Assembly: GCF_001194135.2 (NCBI RefSeq)
Contig: NC_068995.1
Coordinates: 38,782,446-38,846,445, forward strand
Length of the DNA: 64,000 nt
Reading direction: 5' to 3'
Origin: Octopus bimaculoides
Taxonomy: Eukaryota
Below are positions 37,111 to 51,780 of the stretch, piece by piece. The position numbers and the translations under genes are program-made. Every line of letters begins with the position of its first letter. The stretch's first letter is position 1. Under the pieces are notes generated by a model, which saw only the letters and a list, made by a program, of their open reading frames with translations, did no database searches and was not told where the DNA came from.

Positions 37111-40100
37111 AAAGTACTTTTAATTCGGGATAGGATATTGTGTTTTACTTTTTCAAACCCTCAAATGCAGCACTAGCACCCTGCATATATGTGAAGGTAT
37201 GAATATATAAATGCTTTAACGCACAATTTCATGGATATATATAGGCAGGTAGATTGATAGATACATAGATTACGTGAATATGTTCTGTGTGTATGCATGT
37301 ATGTACATAATCAATGATATCATTTACAAATTCATAGGTATATACTGAAATAATAAATTCAAGTATTTTGCTGCATACTTTCAGAAAGTGATACTAACAC
37401 TACAAGCTGTATATGCTAGATTTATATTATTTTAATCATTCTCCCTTCCAAGACGTACCAATATTTTACACAGAAGGCTTAGAATCATTCGACGAACTAG
37501 TAGTTAAAATGTTCCACTCACACGCAAATATGATATCACGAAAATTACAACTATGAAGGATTGTTTGTATAAACATGCCCAAACATTATTCAAAAAGTGT
37601 TTTCCTATGTATGTATTCCCTGTTTGACCCTTCATTCACATTGCTCAACTTCAATCCCTACTTTAAAATTTAAGTTTTTTACAATATACACTATAATTCG
37701 AAATATATGTATGTTTCTTTTTTTAGTGTACATATTCAATTCTACATTAGATTTTTACACGTTCCTCCGAAATGCGTTTTTTTTATTTACTTACATATAA
37801 AATTTAAAGCCTTTTAAAATTACTGCTTTAACCACACTTGTTTAACCAATTGTATGAGCTTCTGAAACCGCATCCAATTCAGCAGACACTATTAAGGCTG
37901 TCCATCTAACTTCCAAACTGGAAAGGAAATCTGCATTGGAATTTAGGAGAAAACAACCAAAAGAAAAGTATTGTATTATCTGATTAACAACTTTCTGAGA
38001 AACTCTACAAAATGTCTGTCGATATGACGAACGGAACAAAATATCTTTAATTAATCTTCCCACCGACATTACTCTTGGGCTTAGATCTGTGTATTTGCTT
38101 TTGTATTCTGTTTTAATCTACCATCAAACAATAGAAAATACAGAACAATGGAGAATATAGAAGGATATCTTGAAAGAAAATATTAGTTGGAAATATTCTA
38201 TTTGTTCAAAAAATGTAGAACTTCAATTTTCAAGTGCACAATACGTTATCGTTACTGTAACAGATTTTGCAATAAGAAACCGCAGTGCGTCACAGCCCTG
38301 CTGTGTAATATAATCCTTCGATATGCAAACTAAGCGAACTAAGTGACCAGCGCTGCGGTGGTTGTGCGGATTGATGAAACCTATTCAAAGGAAAGTAATA
38401 CTTCTTCAACATCTCTATTCTCGTCTATAGGAAATAGTAACTGACACATCTTTCAATGATACTATCACATCTGTCACTTCTTAAAAAAACACAACCAATT
38501 TGTTTATGTTCCGTTAGGGTCAGAACAATGACAGCATACGCTCTGATCACTGAGTTCAAGGCAATGATAAATTCCATACACGAAAATTAAAGAAACGTTG
38601 TCAAACGAAAAACTGTTCAATTGTCTACGGATGTTAATATAACAAAAGGGGATCAGCTGATTGAAACTGCCGAATATTCCAGGCAGATAGACAGAGAACA
38701 ATATATATTAAAGTTGTCTTTGCAAATACCAACAGGAGGCCTGTCTTTGAATCTTTCTCTATGTTTTTCTTCAGCACTGTCCTTCATAAAATCTGCTAGC
38801 TAAATGAATGTTCATATAGATGATATTTGAAAGTGGAAAAGAGTATTGTCTTACATTACAAAAGAAAAAGTACATTTAATAATACAGAATAAGAGGAAAA
38901 TCTAATTCCTACGTCGCCTCCATGATGAAAATATCGCGTTTGTAGTACACATTGCAGTTGTGTTAACCACGACACCAAAGGGAAGCTATAACCTCGATCG
39001 CCTAAAATAACATGTAAATTAAGTAGCTAAAATTACATACAATTCAAAAACACTGATGGCGAATGTTTGGTGTTCTAAATACATTGCGGGCTGTCGCATT
39101 TTGAAACAAAAATTAAACAACTTTGATTGCCCAAATATTTGATCGGGGGAATAATTCTTAAATTGAGAAAATAACCTATATCAGACTTTTTTGTTTTCTA
39201 AATCTAGCATCAAGAGATATTATTGCAGCAAATTAAGATGATACAGTTGAAATGGGTCTGGTAGTTAAAGCCTACTCGTTGAAACAATGGATGTGTTATA
39301 CGCATATGAGAACTGTCAACGTATTATAGTCTATTGATCTGACAAGGCTAACGTCGATTAGATGGGAAAATCGGTGATTGATTAGAATTGGGTGATATCA
39401 TGTATGTCAACGCAATTTATGGGATTAGCTAGACTTTTTTTCTCACTCCAGTACCGATTCAGTTTAGAATCAGCCTTACAAATGGAAACCTATCATTCCA
39501 TTTAAAATTATCATTTAATTAAATAATTTACCAGAGGAGAAGCCAGTATATGCGCATTAATAGAATAGTTATACTTCAATACATTGTGGAAATCTGTTTC
39601 GAAGAAAATTAATATTAATAGAAATCAAAAATTGAATTAAAATTTGATTACCACTTTATTTCTGAAATTGATACGTTTCAGTAACGAGAATGTGTGGGTT
39701 GAAAGGAAATGAAATTGATATCAGAAAGAATGCGATTACGTTAAATCCAGTATTAAATTAATGATAAAAAGAAATATAAAATAGTGTATTGTTGAAGGAG
39801 AAACATCTCGGTAAATATATATTTTCATGTAAAGAATATAATTGTTCATCACAAAGAATTTGTTGAAGATAATCACTTTCTAACATTGGCAATTGTGTTT
39901 CAAGGTAACGTTGATGTAAACGTAAAACTATTAACCAGTAACTAGCTGTTATTTTAAAATACAAAGAAATAACTTATATGAAAACATCTCATCTAAGGGA
40001 AACACAACTCAGGGAATATACAAAAGACAAGCACAAAGCCAAAAAGTAGAAATAAAACATTGGAAACGTGAGGTAGATATCAAATTAAACAAAATGCTTC

Positions 40101-41118
40101 AAAATCAACCACCTGTCCAACTTTAGGATACTGAGAAACAAACAATAGATGAGGAAGAAGCAGAAACAAAATTATGAATAAAACTTAATATGAGGAAGAT
40201 CACGCACACAAATATTGTAGCGTATCAAATAAAACATAAAAGAAATCATACATTTGGTCTCTTAGCAATAGAAGCTTACAATCATTCGAAGATTCCCGGC
40301 ATCTTTAATTGAAAGCAATCAACAATGCGTCAATTGATTTCCAGGGAAGTCAACATCAGCTCCATGTAACAGTTTCGTGTTGGTGAAATACAATATCAAC
40401 ATTACATTTTCAAAAATATAAACCACTATAACTGAGTTTTAATACAGAAAATAAAACAAAACAGAAATTGAGGCACACTTTGATGCCTCTGAACAACCAT
40501 GGAAGGATAGTTTTATTGACTAAGTAAAATCACTAATTTCTATTATCAGGCCAAAAATACAGAACCTACCCAAATAAAATATTGTGTAAAATTATATGAA
40601 TTAATCATGTGATGTTTTTGAAAAAAAATTACGCCACCTCACATAAATTATATATATAGAAAAGAAAAATAATACACTGATACGAAAACTCTTCTTTAAA
40701 TTAAGTTATAGTTGAGAATATTGATCACTTGAAATAATATATATGCGTTGGTTTATCAGATAGAAAACAGTTTTTTAATAAATCATTCAATCTTGTGATA
40801 TGAATATTGTTTTTTGTGATTGTTTTGTAAAATATTTCCTTCCGTCTATTTACTCGTCTATTGATCATTTTTATATCTCCCTTGAACTTTCTATATTTAT
40901 TTCTTACATTTTACTACGTGATTAGACACGGATATCTGTTGTTCTAAGCAAGTTTTTACACTATAATTGCATACAAATCTGTCTTATATAAATTGAATTT
41001 CTCCCTTCGCAGTTGAAACTGACTTGAAACTGAGTTGAAACTGAAATATGTATGTATACAGTAATTTTACCTGCTTTTTCGCTTCTAAAATCACGACTAT
41101 TAACATCTTGTAATGGAA

Positions 41119-41280
41119 GCGCAATGGCCCAGTGGTTTGGGCAGTAGACTCTCGGTCATATAATCGCGGTTTCGATTCCCAGACAAGGTGTTGTGAGTGT
41201 TTAATAAGCAAAAGCACCTACAGCTTCAAGTGGCTCCGACAGGGTGTGGTGGAATACCCTGATATTCTACCACCACAGTC
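41119..41280 (+). mobile_element. 5' part of the tRNA-derived SINE family of 12146-12510
   Basis: A box TGGCCCAGTGG and B box GGTTTCGATTCC; colinear with the 12146 copy. Confidence 0.85.
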
Positions 41281-41804
41281 ACCCTTTATTACAATTTTGC
41301 AGATTATAGTTCTTAGAAACTGACAACTACAAATATAGATGCAAACAAGATGTGTGGGCATGGGAATTCATCTAAGGATAGGATATTGAAGACAAATAAA
41401 GACATACGTACGCCAGATGAATTTCGCATATATATATATATATATANNNNNNNNNNNNNNNNNNNNNNNNNNNNNNNNNNNNNNNNNNNNNNNNNNNNNN
41501 NNNNNNNNNNNNNNNNNNNNNNNNNNNNNNNNNNNNNNNNNNNNNNNNNNNNNNNNNNNNNNNNNNNNNNNNNNNNNNNNNNNNNNNNNNNNNNNNNNNN
41601 NNNNNNNNNNNNNNNNNNNNNNNNNNNNNNNNNNNNNNNNNNNNNNNNNNNNNNNNNNNNNNNNNNNNNNNNNNNNNNNNNNNNNNNNNNNNNNNNNNNN
41701 NNNNNNNNNNNNNNNNNNNNNNNNNNNNNNNNNNNNNNNNNNNNNNNNNNNNNNNNNNNNNNNNNNNNNNNNNNNNNNNNNNNNNNNNNNNNNNNNNNNN
41801 NAAC

Positions 41805-41995
41805 TAAGGCGCTGGACGAAATGCTTAGCAGTATTTTGCTTGTCTTTACTTTCTGAATTAAAATTTTGTTGAGTTCGACTTTGCCTTTCATCCTTTCAGG
41901 GTCGTTAAATTAAGTACAAGATGCGTATTGAGTGCGATCTAATTGACTAGTCCCCTCTCCAAAAATGTTGGGCCTTGTCTATAGAGTTGAAAAAA
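41805..41995 (+). mobile_element. SINE (core family)
   Basis: GAAATGCTTAGC...TCGACTTTGCCTTTCATCCTTTCAGGGTCG. Confidence 0.8.
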
Positions 41996-42804
41996 TATAT
42001 ACTTAAACGCATGGTACAAAATGAAACCATATCAAAGACTTGTATGTGGCATCGTTCTGCATTAAAATCGGATGACACGGGTTTCCATTGTCATCGGTGC
42101 ACTATTTCCTGTAGGACGTAAGTGTGAAATTCAAGCAACTGAAGAAAGTTATCAAAGAAATAGGCACGCAAGACGTAACTAGTTAAATATGTCGATGTTG
42201 ATAAGAAACGGCAAGCGAGACTTGATCGTGGGGTCTTGATCAGGTCATCACTTCCATACTCAAGTGAGGGGTGTATATATTAAGTGATGAAACGTTTGTA
42301 ACTCTGAGATGCCTGCTGACAATACAGAAGGTTTTCTAACATTGGAATGGACTTAGAAGGACTCGGAATGCGTCTGAGTATCTCCTGTTGGTTTTGCTTT
42401 GGGGAAAAAAAAACATCTGCATTGTTTGTTTATCTCTGTTTCAAAGTGAGACTTCAGTTATTAAGTCGGTATTTTATATTGTGCTCATTGCTAACCCTTT
42501 TATGCTCAACAATGATTACTTTAGTTTCAGATGCATATGAAGTTATATAAATTATATTTATTACTTTTTATTTATTGTTTCGCCATTTGTTTATTGCATA
42601 ACAAGAACACAAAATATTGTATTAGATATTTCCCAAGTGACATATGTGAAATATAGAATATATGGTTACATTGTTCTGAGAATTATCCAAAGTAAGGCTT
42701 GAGAAGTAAAGGAGATATCTCTAACCTCCAAAATACAGATTGTTATATAAGTTATGGATGCTAATACGACAAGCAATTCTATAAATCGGCCAAATTTAAA
42801 TACA

Positions 42805-43007
42805 AATCATTATTTTCTACTTTAGGTACAAGGTCCGAAATTTTGAGGCAGCAGGCTGTCAATTAAATCGACTCCAGTACGCAACTGGTACTTAATTTAT
42901 CGACCTTGAAAGAATGAAAAGCAAAGTCGACCCCGGCGGAATTTTAACTCAGAACGTGAAGCTATGCATTTCGCCCGGCGTGCTAACGTTTCTACCAGCT
43001 CGCCACC
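42805..43007 (-). mobile_element. SINE with target-site duplication
   Basis: Core family, flanked by TTTAAATACA at 42795-42804 and 43008-43017. Confidence 0.88.
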
Positions 43008-43931
43008 TTTAAATACAGGATATTACCTGAGAAAATATAAGCAAGAGCAGAACTTGTATCTGACCCAAACATAAGTTTAGCAACTTTGAGCGGAAGAGAT
43101 AGCACAGACTCCAGTATTTGAGTGACACGTAATTTTAGAAAATCCGAAAAGAATGAAAGGTAAAGTTGAGCTTGGTATCACTTGGATTGCAAAATCTACA
43201 CCAGACCAACTAACACATCGAAATATTTTCCCAAAGTATTTAAAGATTCTGCGAATGCAGTGCATTCAAAAATTTGTTTCTAATTTAAGTAAATGCATGA
43301 TGATACACGGAAAGGGAACAGTTAATGAAATTCATCTTTGTACTTGACCGGTTCTTTATTTAATCAACAGATAAACGATACAAAACAAATATGATCTCAA
43401 CGGGATTTGAAATCAACAAGTAGACAAGCGTTACTATATGACGGAAGTCATATAATTCGAATCCACTGCTATTATTTCTAAATTAGACGCCATAACAATA
43501 ATTATGAATGGAACGTGATGGTCGGATTTATCGACCCCAGTACACCACTAGTGCTTTCATCTTGTTGACCGAAAAGGAATTTAATATAAATATCTCTATC
43601 CGTGATTTGGAATCTGGATGGATAAAGCAGGAAGGTTAATCAGATGACTTTTTCCTGCAGTCTAGTAACTCTTCGAAAATCTATGTCATCCATTTAATCA
43701 ATAAAACCATTTACGTACGCAAGAAGAAATATCAGAATTATTTGAAGGCGTACACGCTTTGTTGTATGAACGAGACCTTATGATGAAGAGACTGGATTGA
43801 AAAATTTTATAGAAATGTACCGTTTTAAAAATTTGTGGAAAATGAAGGCTATTTGATAATGAAATATCTCTTGAGAAAATATTTTAAATATAATTACGAC
43901 TTTCATATTTGACCCTACATATATCCTTAGA

Positions 43932-44025
<94 letters not shown>

Positions 44026-44146
44026 CACGCACGCACAAATGCACACATACAAACACACACACATATATTTAAAAAGTGTATACATGTTTAGATATATCAC
44101 GCCAAATCGTATTTACCTGCATCACTATCTTCACTTTTTCTCTATC

Positions 44147-44195
<49 letters not shown>

Positions 44196-45624
44196 ATGTG
44201 TGTATGTGTGTGCGCGTGTGTGTTTGTGTGTCTGTGTTGAATTACAGGTTTCCACCATTAATTTATAAACTATTTGCTTCTCTTCCTGCATTCACCAACT
44301 TTCATGATTTTCTTCAATTACCCAAATCCTCGACCGGTGTTTTGAACTTGTGGCTTATGATTTAATAGTATTTAGTTTTACCTGTGCTTCATTTTAGCAT
44401 CACGTGAGTAATACATTCTGTAAAATTAGGTTCAATTCATGAAGCTGTTCGTTCAAACACAGTAAGTGCTAACACGAAACCCTAGTGATATGAAAGTTTT
44501 ATTTTTAGAGAGAGAGAGAGAGAGTGAGACGTGAGGTGGAGAAGAGAAAAAAGAATGAGTTTTGTTTACTCACCAATATAATTTTTGTAGGATTAAATTA
44601 CTTCTATTTGTCTGCGTTATGCCATAAGTGTATGTGTGTACATATTTATAATGTAAACTTTGATCCAAAAGTAGCCCACACTGCCATAACAATTTCATAA
44701 TTTATAAGATTACTCTTGGCCTCCTGCTGACTACATAATAATTGCTATTATTAAGTGATGGGAGGATGTAAGCGCTCGGTTTCTTTGGTTATTTTCTTTT
44801 ACTCGTTTATAATAAATAAATACGTATTTAATTATCTTATCTGTAATCTTTATTCTTTAGTTTTCCAGCGACGTCGTCAGTAATTCTATACATTATTACT
44901 TATAATGATTTTCAATTATTACATAAGGTTAATTACTATAAGATTAAATATAAGTAAAATAGTTTCTATATAAATACATTATAAACTTACCATAAAATTA
45001 TATATTATACAAGGTTAATTAATATGTATTAAATAAATATGTAATTAGTTATTGCGACGAAAAGAATAGAAGTTTCTATTCAGCAAAACGTAGAATTATT
45101 ACCTCTAGTTTTTATTCTTAATTATCTATTAAGTATAACGTACCAGTCTTGTTTATAATTTTTGTACTTATGCAGCGATGTCAGCAATAAATGAATGTAA
45201 AAATATTAATTTTATTACATTATTTTTTTAGATCATTTTTCTATGTAGATTACAAATTGTGAAAAAGATATATAATAAATATGGAGTTTATTTCATCTTT
45301 TATTTCTATTTCATCATGTGTAACTACTTAGTCAATTCTCCAATAACTGAATGTCTTTTCTTAACTACGTTTATGTTCTTATGTTTATGTTTGGTTTTAT
45401 TTTTATTATAAAGTAAGTTAATTATTCAATGACATCTCTGTTAGCTAAATGAATGCCTTAAACTGAATTTGATTAAGGAGTTTTTTTCTTGGAGTTTAAT
45501 ACATGCTAAAAGTTCTGCAGATGTTCAGTTGCAATTTCAGGAATTTGATTTATCTTGATAATGTTGTGATGATATATATTTTCGCAGATATATTTATAAT
45601 TTTTCATAACATTGTTTGTTTGCT

Positions 45625-45678
<54 letters not shown>

Positions 45679-45684
45679 CACATT

Positions 45685-45930
45685 CCGTAGCGCCAGCTTT
45701 CGTCACCAGCGATTACCTTCGAAAAAAAGTCCGGATCAACTTCCATCTCATCGTTCAGTCCACGACACACATTCAGGCGTGACTGCTTTTAATCTTCCTT
45801 GAGCAATCGAGGCACAATTTTTGCTGCCGTTCTTTTCATTCGCAATTACACGCTCAAAATTCTTTGGCAGGAGCTCCAGTACACGTGGCTGATATGAACA
45901 AGTTCGTCAAATTTCCGGTAACGGTCCTAC
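45685..45930 (-). mobile_element. Mariner transposase fragment with the first catalytic Asp
   Basis: IVPRLLKED*KQSRLNVCRGLNDEMEVDPDFFSKVIAGDESWRYG. Confidence 0.85.
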
Positions 45931-46951
45931 AGGATCAATTCTTGAATTTTCGTGATGTTTCCATTAGATTTTGTAAGTGTATATGTGTTGCTGTTAAATA
46001 CTCTCAATTTCTTAAAATTCTACAAAACGATTGTTGAATTTAGCTGCCATACATTTGCTGCGGATTTGTATTCGTCTTCCTTTTACTGAGATTTGATTGT
46101 TGGAAATGTTTCCTTATTCCTTTATACTGAGTACTTAAGTGATATCTGCCAAGATTTTTAAATACCATTCTTTCTGCTGGTGCATTGCAATTCTATATTA
46201 GTGAAATTTAGACATCTTATTGACTTGTCTTTAGCTCAGTACATAAAGCTCAAGGTCAAACAATTTTCGTATGTTAAATGTATTCTTTAACTACATGCAG
46301 TAAATGTATCAAAAGCGCAGCGCATTTACTAATCAAATGCGTAACAGTACAATCGTAATATTAATTGAAATACGATAAACAGAATAAGCGAACCATGAAA
46401 TAAACGACCATCTAAATTATGTTATTTATATTCCAATTTAAAAACATTCGTATGGCATATTTTAATGATAATTTTAACATTAAATGGCAATTTCCCCCTA
46501 ACACAGTTTGACCAGTAGGTAAAGAAGCTAATACAAATCATTTAAAAATATAAATTTCTGGTTCTATCTAATATGAAATATATTAATGTATTCGTGAATG
46601 AAACACAATTAAACATAAATGCGATCGAAACGAAGTAAATGTTATATGTGAACATTCAATAAACCTTAATGATAAAGTTATTATTACGATAAATAAAAAC
46701 GATTAACTAAATGACGTTAAAGATTTAAATACTTACTGCATGTTTGACCGTTGATCTTAGACGCATACTTTGCAGGCAATACTGTTCAACAGAGTTTTCT
46801 TAAAGGACATTCTTAAACATGGATATTATTACTAATCTGGTATAGAGGACAACACATACCCTCCCGCCAAAATGAATGTAGCCAAAGTTGAAACCTATAC
46901 GCTGCTGCATAAGCTGCAACAAACAGCAACTAAATATTTCCAAAGACTAAC

Positions 46952-47012
46952 CTGGTTCAAATCAAACGAATCTCTGCAATTAGCAGCCGAATTTGAGTAG
47001 ATTGAAAAATCG
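46952..47012 (-). other. Candidate 61-nt exon (DFSIYSNSAANCRDSFDLNQ)
   Basis: gttatggttccag acceptor and CAG|gttagt donor; a single open frame. Confidence 0.18.
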
Positions 47013-47162
47013 CTGGAACCATAACAAATAACATCAAAATATCTCTTAAAACAAAATATATTACAGGACATGCACCAGAATACTCAACTGCTACGGAAAT
47101 CTCATGGGTTTGGGTATAGATAGAATTATTCATAGTTCTGTGCGAGTACGGTAGAATTAGTG

Positions 47163-47464
47163 ATAAGCATATTTCAATTTCACATTCATTGTATACGCAC
47201 ATTTCATTTTCACATTTATTGTGTAAGCATATTTCACATTTCACATTTATTGTATAAGCATATTTCACTTTCACATTTATTGTATAAGCATATTTCACTT
47301 TCACATTTATTGTAAAAGCATATTTCACTTTCACATTTATTGTATAAGCATATTTCACTTTCACATTTATTGTATAAGCATATTTCACTTTCACATTTAT
47401 TGTATAAGCATATTTCACTTTCACATTTATTGTATAAGCATATTTCACTTTCACGTTTATTGTA
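47163..47464. repeat. 30-bp minisatellite, about 10 units (TGTATAAGCATATTTCACTTTCACATTTAT)
   Basis: Seven near-exact units at 47251-47460, plus about three diverged units to the left; no spacers. Confidence 0.97.
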
Positions 47465-47984
47465 GGAAATTTATCAAATCTTCTATGGTCTCTCTATATA
47501 TATATATTTGTAGTTAAGCTGGTGTTAGTGCTTTTTAACAATCTCTGTAATGGCCCTGTTCCTGCAGTTGATGTTATAGTGTGTTGTCTTTGTAGCTTTC
47601 ATTGTATTCGTTTCCTCCGCTTTTCAAACTACTCCTACTATATAGGATTTCACAGACGACATTTGGCTAACATACCAACGAGCGGTACTGAACACGAAGT
47701 ATGTGATTGCGAATCGAACTTCTTAACCACACAGCGATCTCTGCTATACAAGAAGTCTTCAAGAACTTTTGAGACGTTTCTCGGGAGAGGCAATTATAAC
47801 TCTCTTAGATCATTGCTATTTTCGTATATCATTAGTTGATATCAAATAATCCGACCTCTCAAATTTTGTTATTCTAGAGTGAAAGAGACAGTTGCAACAG
47901 CTCGCTATGAAGTATATTCTTATTCGCTAAGCTGAGTAAAAATGCAGCAGAAACGTATATAAACTCCAGACTGCTTATAAATTA

Positions 47985-48445
47985 ACTTGTATGACCCGTG
48001 CTTCGGTTTTCCGCTGGAACAAGGCTTTAATTAACGCCAGTCTAATGTGAAGCTCATATTCATGGTTTTCTTTTTTTTTTACAAGAAAGGTATCATCTAT
48101 ATCCACTGGGTTCCTTCTGGCCAGATGGTCAACACGTAGTATTTTGCGGAGGGTTTGTATCAGTTCAGACAGGCATTTCGTTGCAAAATGCACTGGAAAC
48201 ACAGTTTGAACCTGGTAATCCATTACTTGACAAAGATTAACATAAAACCTTCTTTCAACTTTCCTACAACCCAAACCTTACATCCTGCAACTTTTGGCTG
48301 TTCTCCAAGATGAAAGAGATGGAGGATAATGATCCCTGGGCACCTTCACTTTGAAGGATGTGGAGGATAGGGCATTCCAGAAACAGCCCCAGTGCGACAA
48401 GTCATTGGAGTCAGAGGATCCTACTTTGAAGAGATTTAAGTTTGT
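47985..48445 (+). mobile_element. Mariner transposase relic, C-terminal half
   Basis: KLIFMVF..KGIIYIHWVPSGQMVNT*YF..VIHYLTKINIK, then a PYSPDLAPCDFWLF-like region. Confidence 0.82.
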
Positions 48446-48494
48446 TTATTACTTCTTTAAAATTAATAAATATCTTTCAAATCATCTGGAGTGT

Positions 48495-48703
48495 AATTTG
48501 AATATGTATATTGACATGCACATACACACATTAATGTAATGTTCTTCGGAATCATAGACACTCTAATGGTATATATTCCAGACCAACAGTTGTTGGGATC
48601 AAAATTTGAATATATATATTTACAAGCACACACATACACACACACACATTAATGTAATGTTCTTGACAATCAATTTCAGACCTACAGTTGTGGGGACCAA
48701 AAT
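48495..48703. repeat. Imperfect two-unit tandem duplication (about 108-bp period)
   Basis: AATTTGAATAT..CACACATTAATGTAATGTTCTT..CAGACC.ACAGTTGT.GGGA.CAAAA occurs twice. Confidence 0.8.
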
Positions 48704-48970
48704 ACGGTAACAAACAATAACAATTTCCAACGAGATATATATATTCAAATAAAATCAGGCATTCAGATTAAGTTTCAGAAGGCAAACATTTGCTTCACGA
48801 AATATTGATGACTAGAAACAGCAAAACCGAAATATATGAAAAATATGAACTTATTTAGCACCACTTGTTCCTTCAGCAAAATTATGAATTTAAGCCATTG
48901 CTAAAGAATGAATGCAAAATGCATGCAATAATACAGAAAAAAAATGCAGGCCTTGGGTTGAAGCAGTTAC

Positions 48971-49035
48971 CCGTAAACAATCGGCTCTTCCGTGTTCCAG
49001 CAGTGAGAATACATATGCAGGGGAATGTGTAAATC
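48971..49035 (-). other. Candidate 65-nt exon
   Basis: Strong acceptor tcatctcttttctctctctgtatcgtag and donor CGG|gtaact; locally GC-rich; all three frames are open. Confidence 0.25.
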
Positions 49036-51144
49036 CTACGATACAGAGAGAGAAAAGAGATGATACAAATTTTACCGTAACAGATCTCAGTAACTGGAAA
49101 ACGTGATCTTATGCTATGATTTCCAGTTATGCAAGGATATACGGCTCCAGCTGAACGTTCAGGATTTTTTCCCAAGAATTTACTTTAATTGAAGTTTTAG
49201 ACTACAGCTATCTCAGAATACAAATAATCATATGATGATTGGTATACGAACGAAAATTTCTTGTACGCACAGAAAGGCAGGTGTGGGTTGGCGCTGTGTA
49301 TGCATGTAACACAAAATGCTCAAATATTAATTTATGAAATTCAATGAAGAAGAGAAGTATGGAGAGGAGTAATTTATAGATAGGAAATATGTGGATTATA
49401 CAGACACAAAGCACCAAACATACCTACGTGAAGAAACACACACATAACAATAAATATATGCATGTATGTATGTATGTATGTATGTATGCATGCACGTATG
49501 TACAATGAAACATGCACACATATATGAGAGCATGGTAGCGAGGATATATTACTTCGCAAAACCGTGGTTTTGGTTGCCATACAACGCACATATACATACA
49601 TATACATATAAATGTATATACATGTATACGTGAGTGTGTGTATGTACATGCGTGCTATCAGTGTAAAGTTATACACAGCATTAACTGTTTCATTACTATA
49701 TATATATATATATATATTTCAACTGTTACTCAAATATTCATGAATAATTAAGTTATTCCATGTCTGGAAAAGCATAGTTTTGTATATTAGTGTGCTACAG
49801 TTTATATAAAATAATTTGTTCGAATACACTAACCTATATTATTGAAATTCAGGTATCATTATGTTGTATTTAACTCAGCATATTAAACCCAAATTAGAAC
49901 AATTATCTCCTGATAAGTAAAAGTTTAGGAGCAAATCGTTCCATATTTAATTACCTGTCATAATTGTTAGAAATCCTAAATACATTAACTAATTACAACC
50001 ATATCAGGGCAATGATAATATATATCAATTCAAGACGATGAAGAACCGAATATATGACCCAAGAAATGAACTCTCGTGTAAATGATGCTTCATTTAAATT
50101 CCGATTTAAATCCATTTAGAAAATTATATGACAATTTTCTCATTATGATGGGTAACTTCCTATCGTATTTTCAAAATTATCGCGATTATTGTTCAATAAT
50201 GCATTATCATTATCGAGAAATAAAGACTTTTGGTTCTAAACGAATACGGAATAAATGAAGGAACAATCCACAACAATTTAAGATAAATGCGGTTCTAAAC
50301 TAATCAATTTTACATATATACTTTAAAGGTAAGTATATTCAATGGAGTCAGTATTACTCTGGTCAACAGGCGCTAATCTAAGATGATTAGTTTCAAATAA
50401 ATATTGTTAAATAATTATTTCGGTATGATTTACCATGCAGGCAATATAAGTGAGTGAATTCTCTCTTCCTAACTGATATTGTTAAAAAGAGATAGCAATA
50501 ACAAATTCGGATATAAACAAATCTGAATCGTATATGCAATCATTAAAACTGCGATAAGAGCAGTCGCTTCGTCCGTCTCTCACAACCAATATTCTTAAAT
50601 AATGGGAAGGTCATACCGAATAACGTAATTCTCCTAAAAGATTTAGTCACTAACGAAATGATTTTAATCAAAGGTCTGCGACATGGAGATAATCTGGATT
50701 AAAGCACAAGGACAACATTCCGTAAGTGTCGGAATAATGGACGATTTCAAATGTTAGTTTACCTGCATAAATTAACTGCAAATATAATCGCATAAAAACA
50801 AGGCATTATAATTCACGTTACTAGAGACGTCGCTGTTCTTGAACAAACCTAGAATGGTTTCGAATATGTACCGACGATATCCTAGAATTCATAATAATGA
50901 AATGGAATTTATTTAGAGGTGGATAATGTATAATCTCTAGTAGATATAGAATGAGAAATATTTCACCAGCTTATATTATAGTTAACTGGCTATTTGTGAT
51001 GTATGTAATGGCATTGTATATTTGTGTGCATGTGTGTGTGTGTGTCTTTGTGTGTATGGATGGTGGTGCTCTAGTATGACCACAGCCACCTGGCTGTAAT
51101 ACATAAATGAATAAACGTATATATATGTATATGTATGTGTGATG

Positions 51145-51185
<41 letters not shown>

Positions 51186-51589
51186 CGTGTGTGCGCGTGT
51201 GTGTGTGTGTGTGTGTGCATGCGTGTGTGTACAGCATCGCACACACATATACATATATAGATACCAACACATACATTACATAAGAAGTGCACGTGTACAT
51301 AGGTATACCATTTCAATTGATATTTAAGAGAAATTTATTATGAGAATGGATATTGTAAATCAGAGTAGCATTGTCTAGTATTAGATTTATACAAAAACGG
51401 CAAATTTTGTCTGTTGGTCTGTCAGTATCATCTTGCTGCCTCGATGGTAACAGGGAACCAGTCTTGATAAAATTTTACATACCGCTTAAACTAAACTCCA
51501 GTTCAATTATAGGCTTGAAATGAAAATCTATAATGAGACCCCTAGGGGTGTTGAGTAATAATTTAAGAGTGAGGGAAATATGGTGGCAT

Positions 51590-51780
51590 AGGAAGTGTAC
51601 GCGATATCAGGGAAGGGAGAATACAGTTGTGTAAGCGACAGAAATGTAGTGGCAATAGGATGGCAAACGTTAATACAGCTTTTATGCAAGGGCATACACG
51701 ACGCTGCATTCATACGTAGCTTTAAGGAGAGTACGGGTAGGTGGATTTTCTGCTGTCCATCAAAAAGAAGCACTCGGGCA
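51590..51780 (+). mobile_element. Possible CR1/L2-type LINE 3' end
   Basis: SDRNVVAIGWQTL..DAAFIRSFKEST weakly resembles the CR1 C-terminal RVV..WN.LP..VV.A.SI..FK motif. Confidence 0.35.

Noticed and set aside
39960-40200. Purine-rich near-open frame (QRNNLYENISSKG…)
   Set aside because: Interrupted by stops with no recognisable motif; possibly an old TE but unsupported.
42010-42120. C2H2 zinc-finger-like FHCHRC peptide
   Set aside because: No second His pair and no linker repeat; a stop follows immediately.
47163-47464. CRISPR-like 30-bp array, and the 165-aa repeat ORF (46957-47454)
   Set aside because: Units are contiguous with no spacers, there are no cas genes and the context is eukaryotic. 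The ORF is a by-product of a stop-free 30-bp period.
23080-49035. PLAT-domain-like peptide from joining four candidate exons (…RDSFDLNQ/ADIFEVTIDNIL…GTITK/IW…)
   Set aside because: I assembled it by cherry-picking weak splice sites over 26 kb; not defensible without transcript data.
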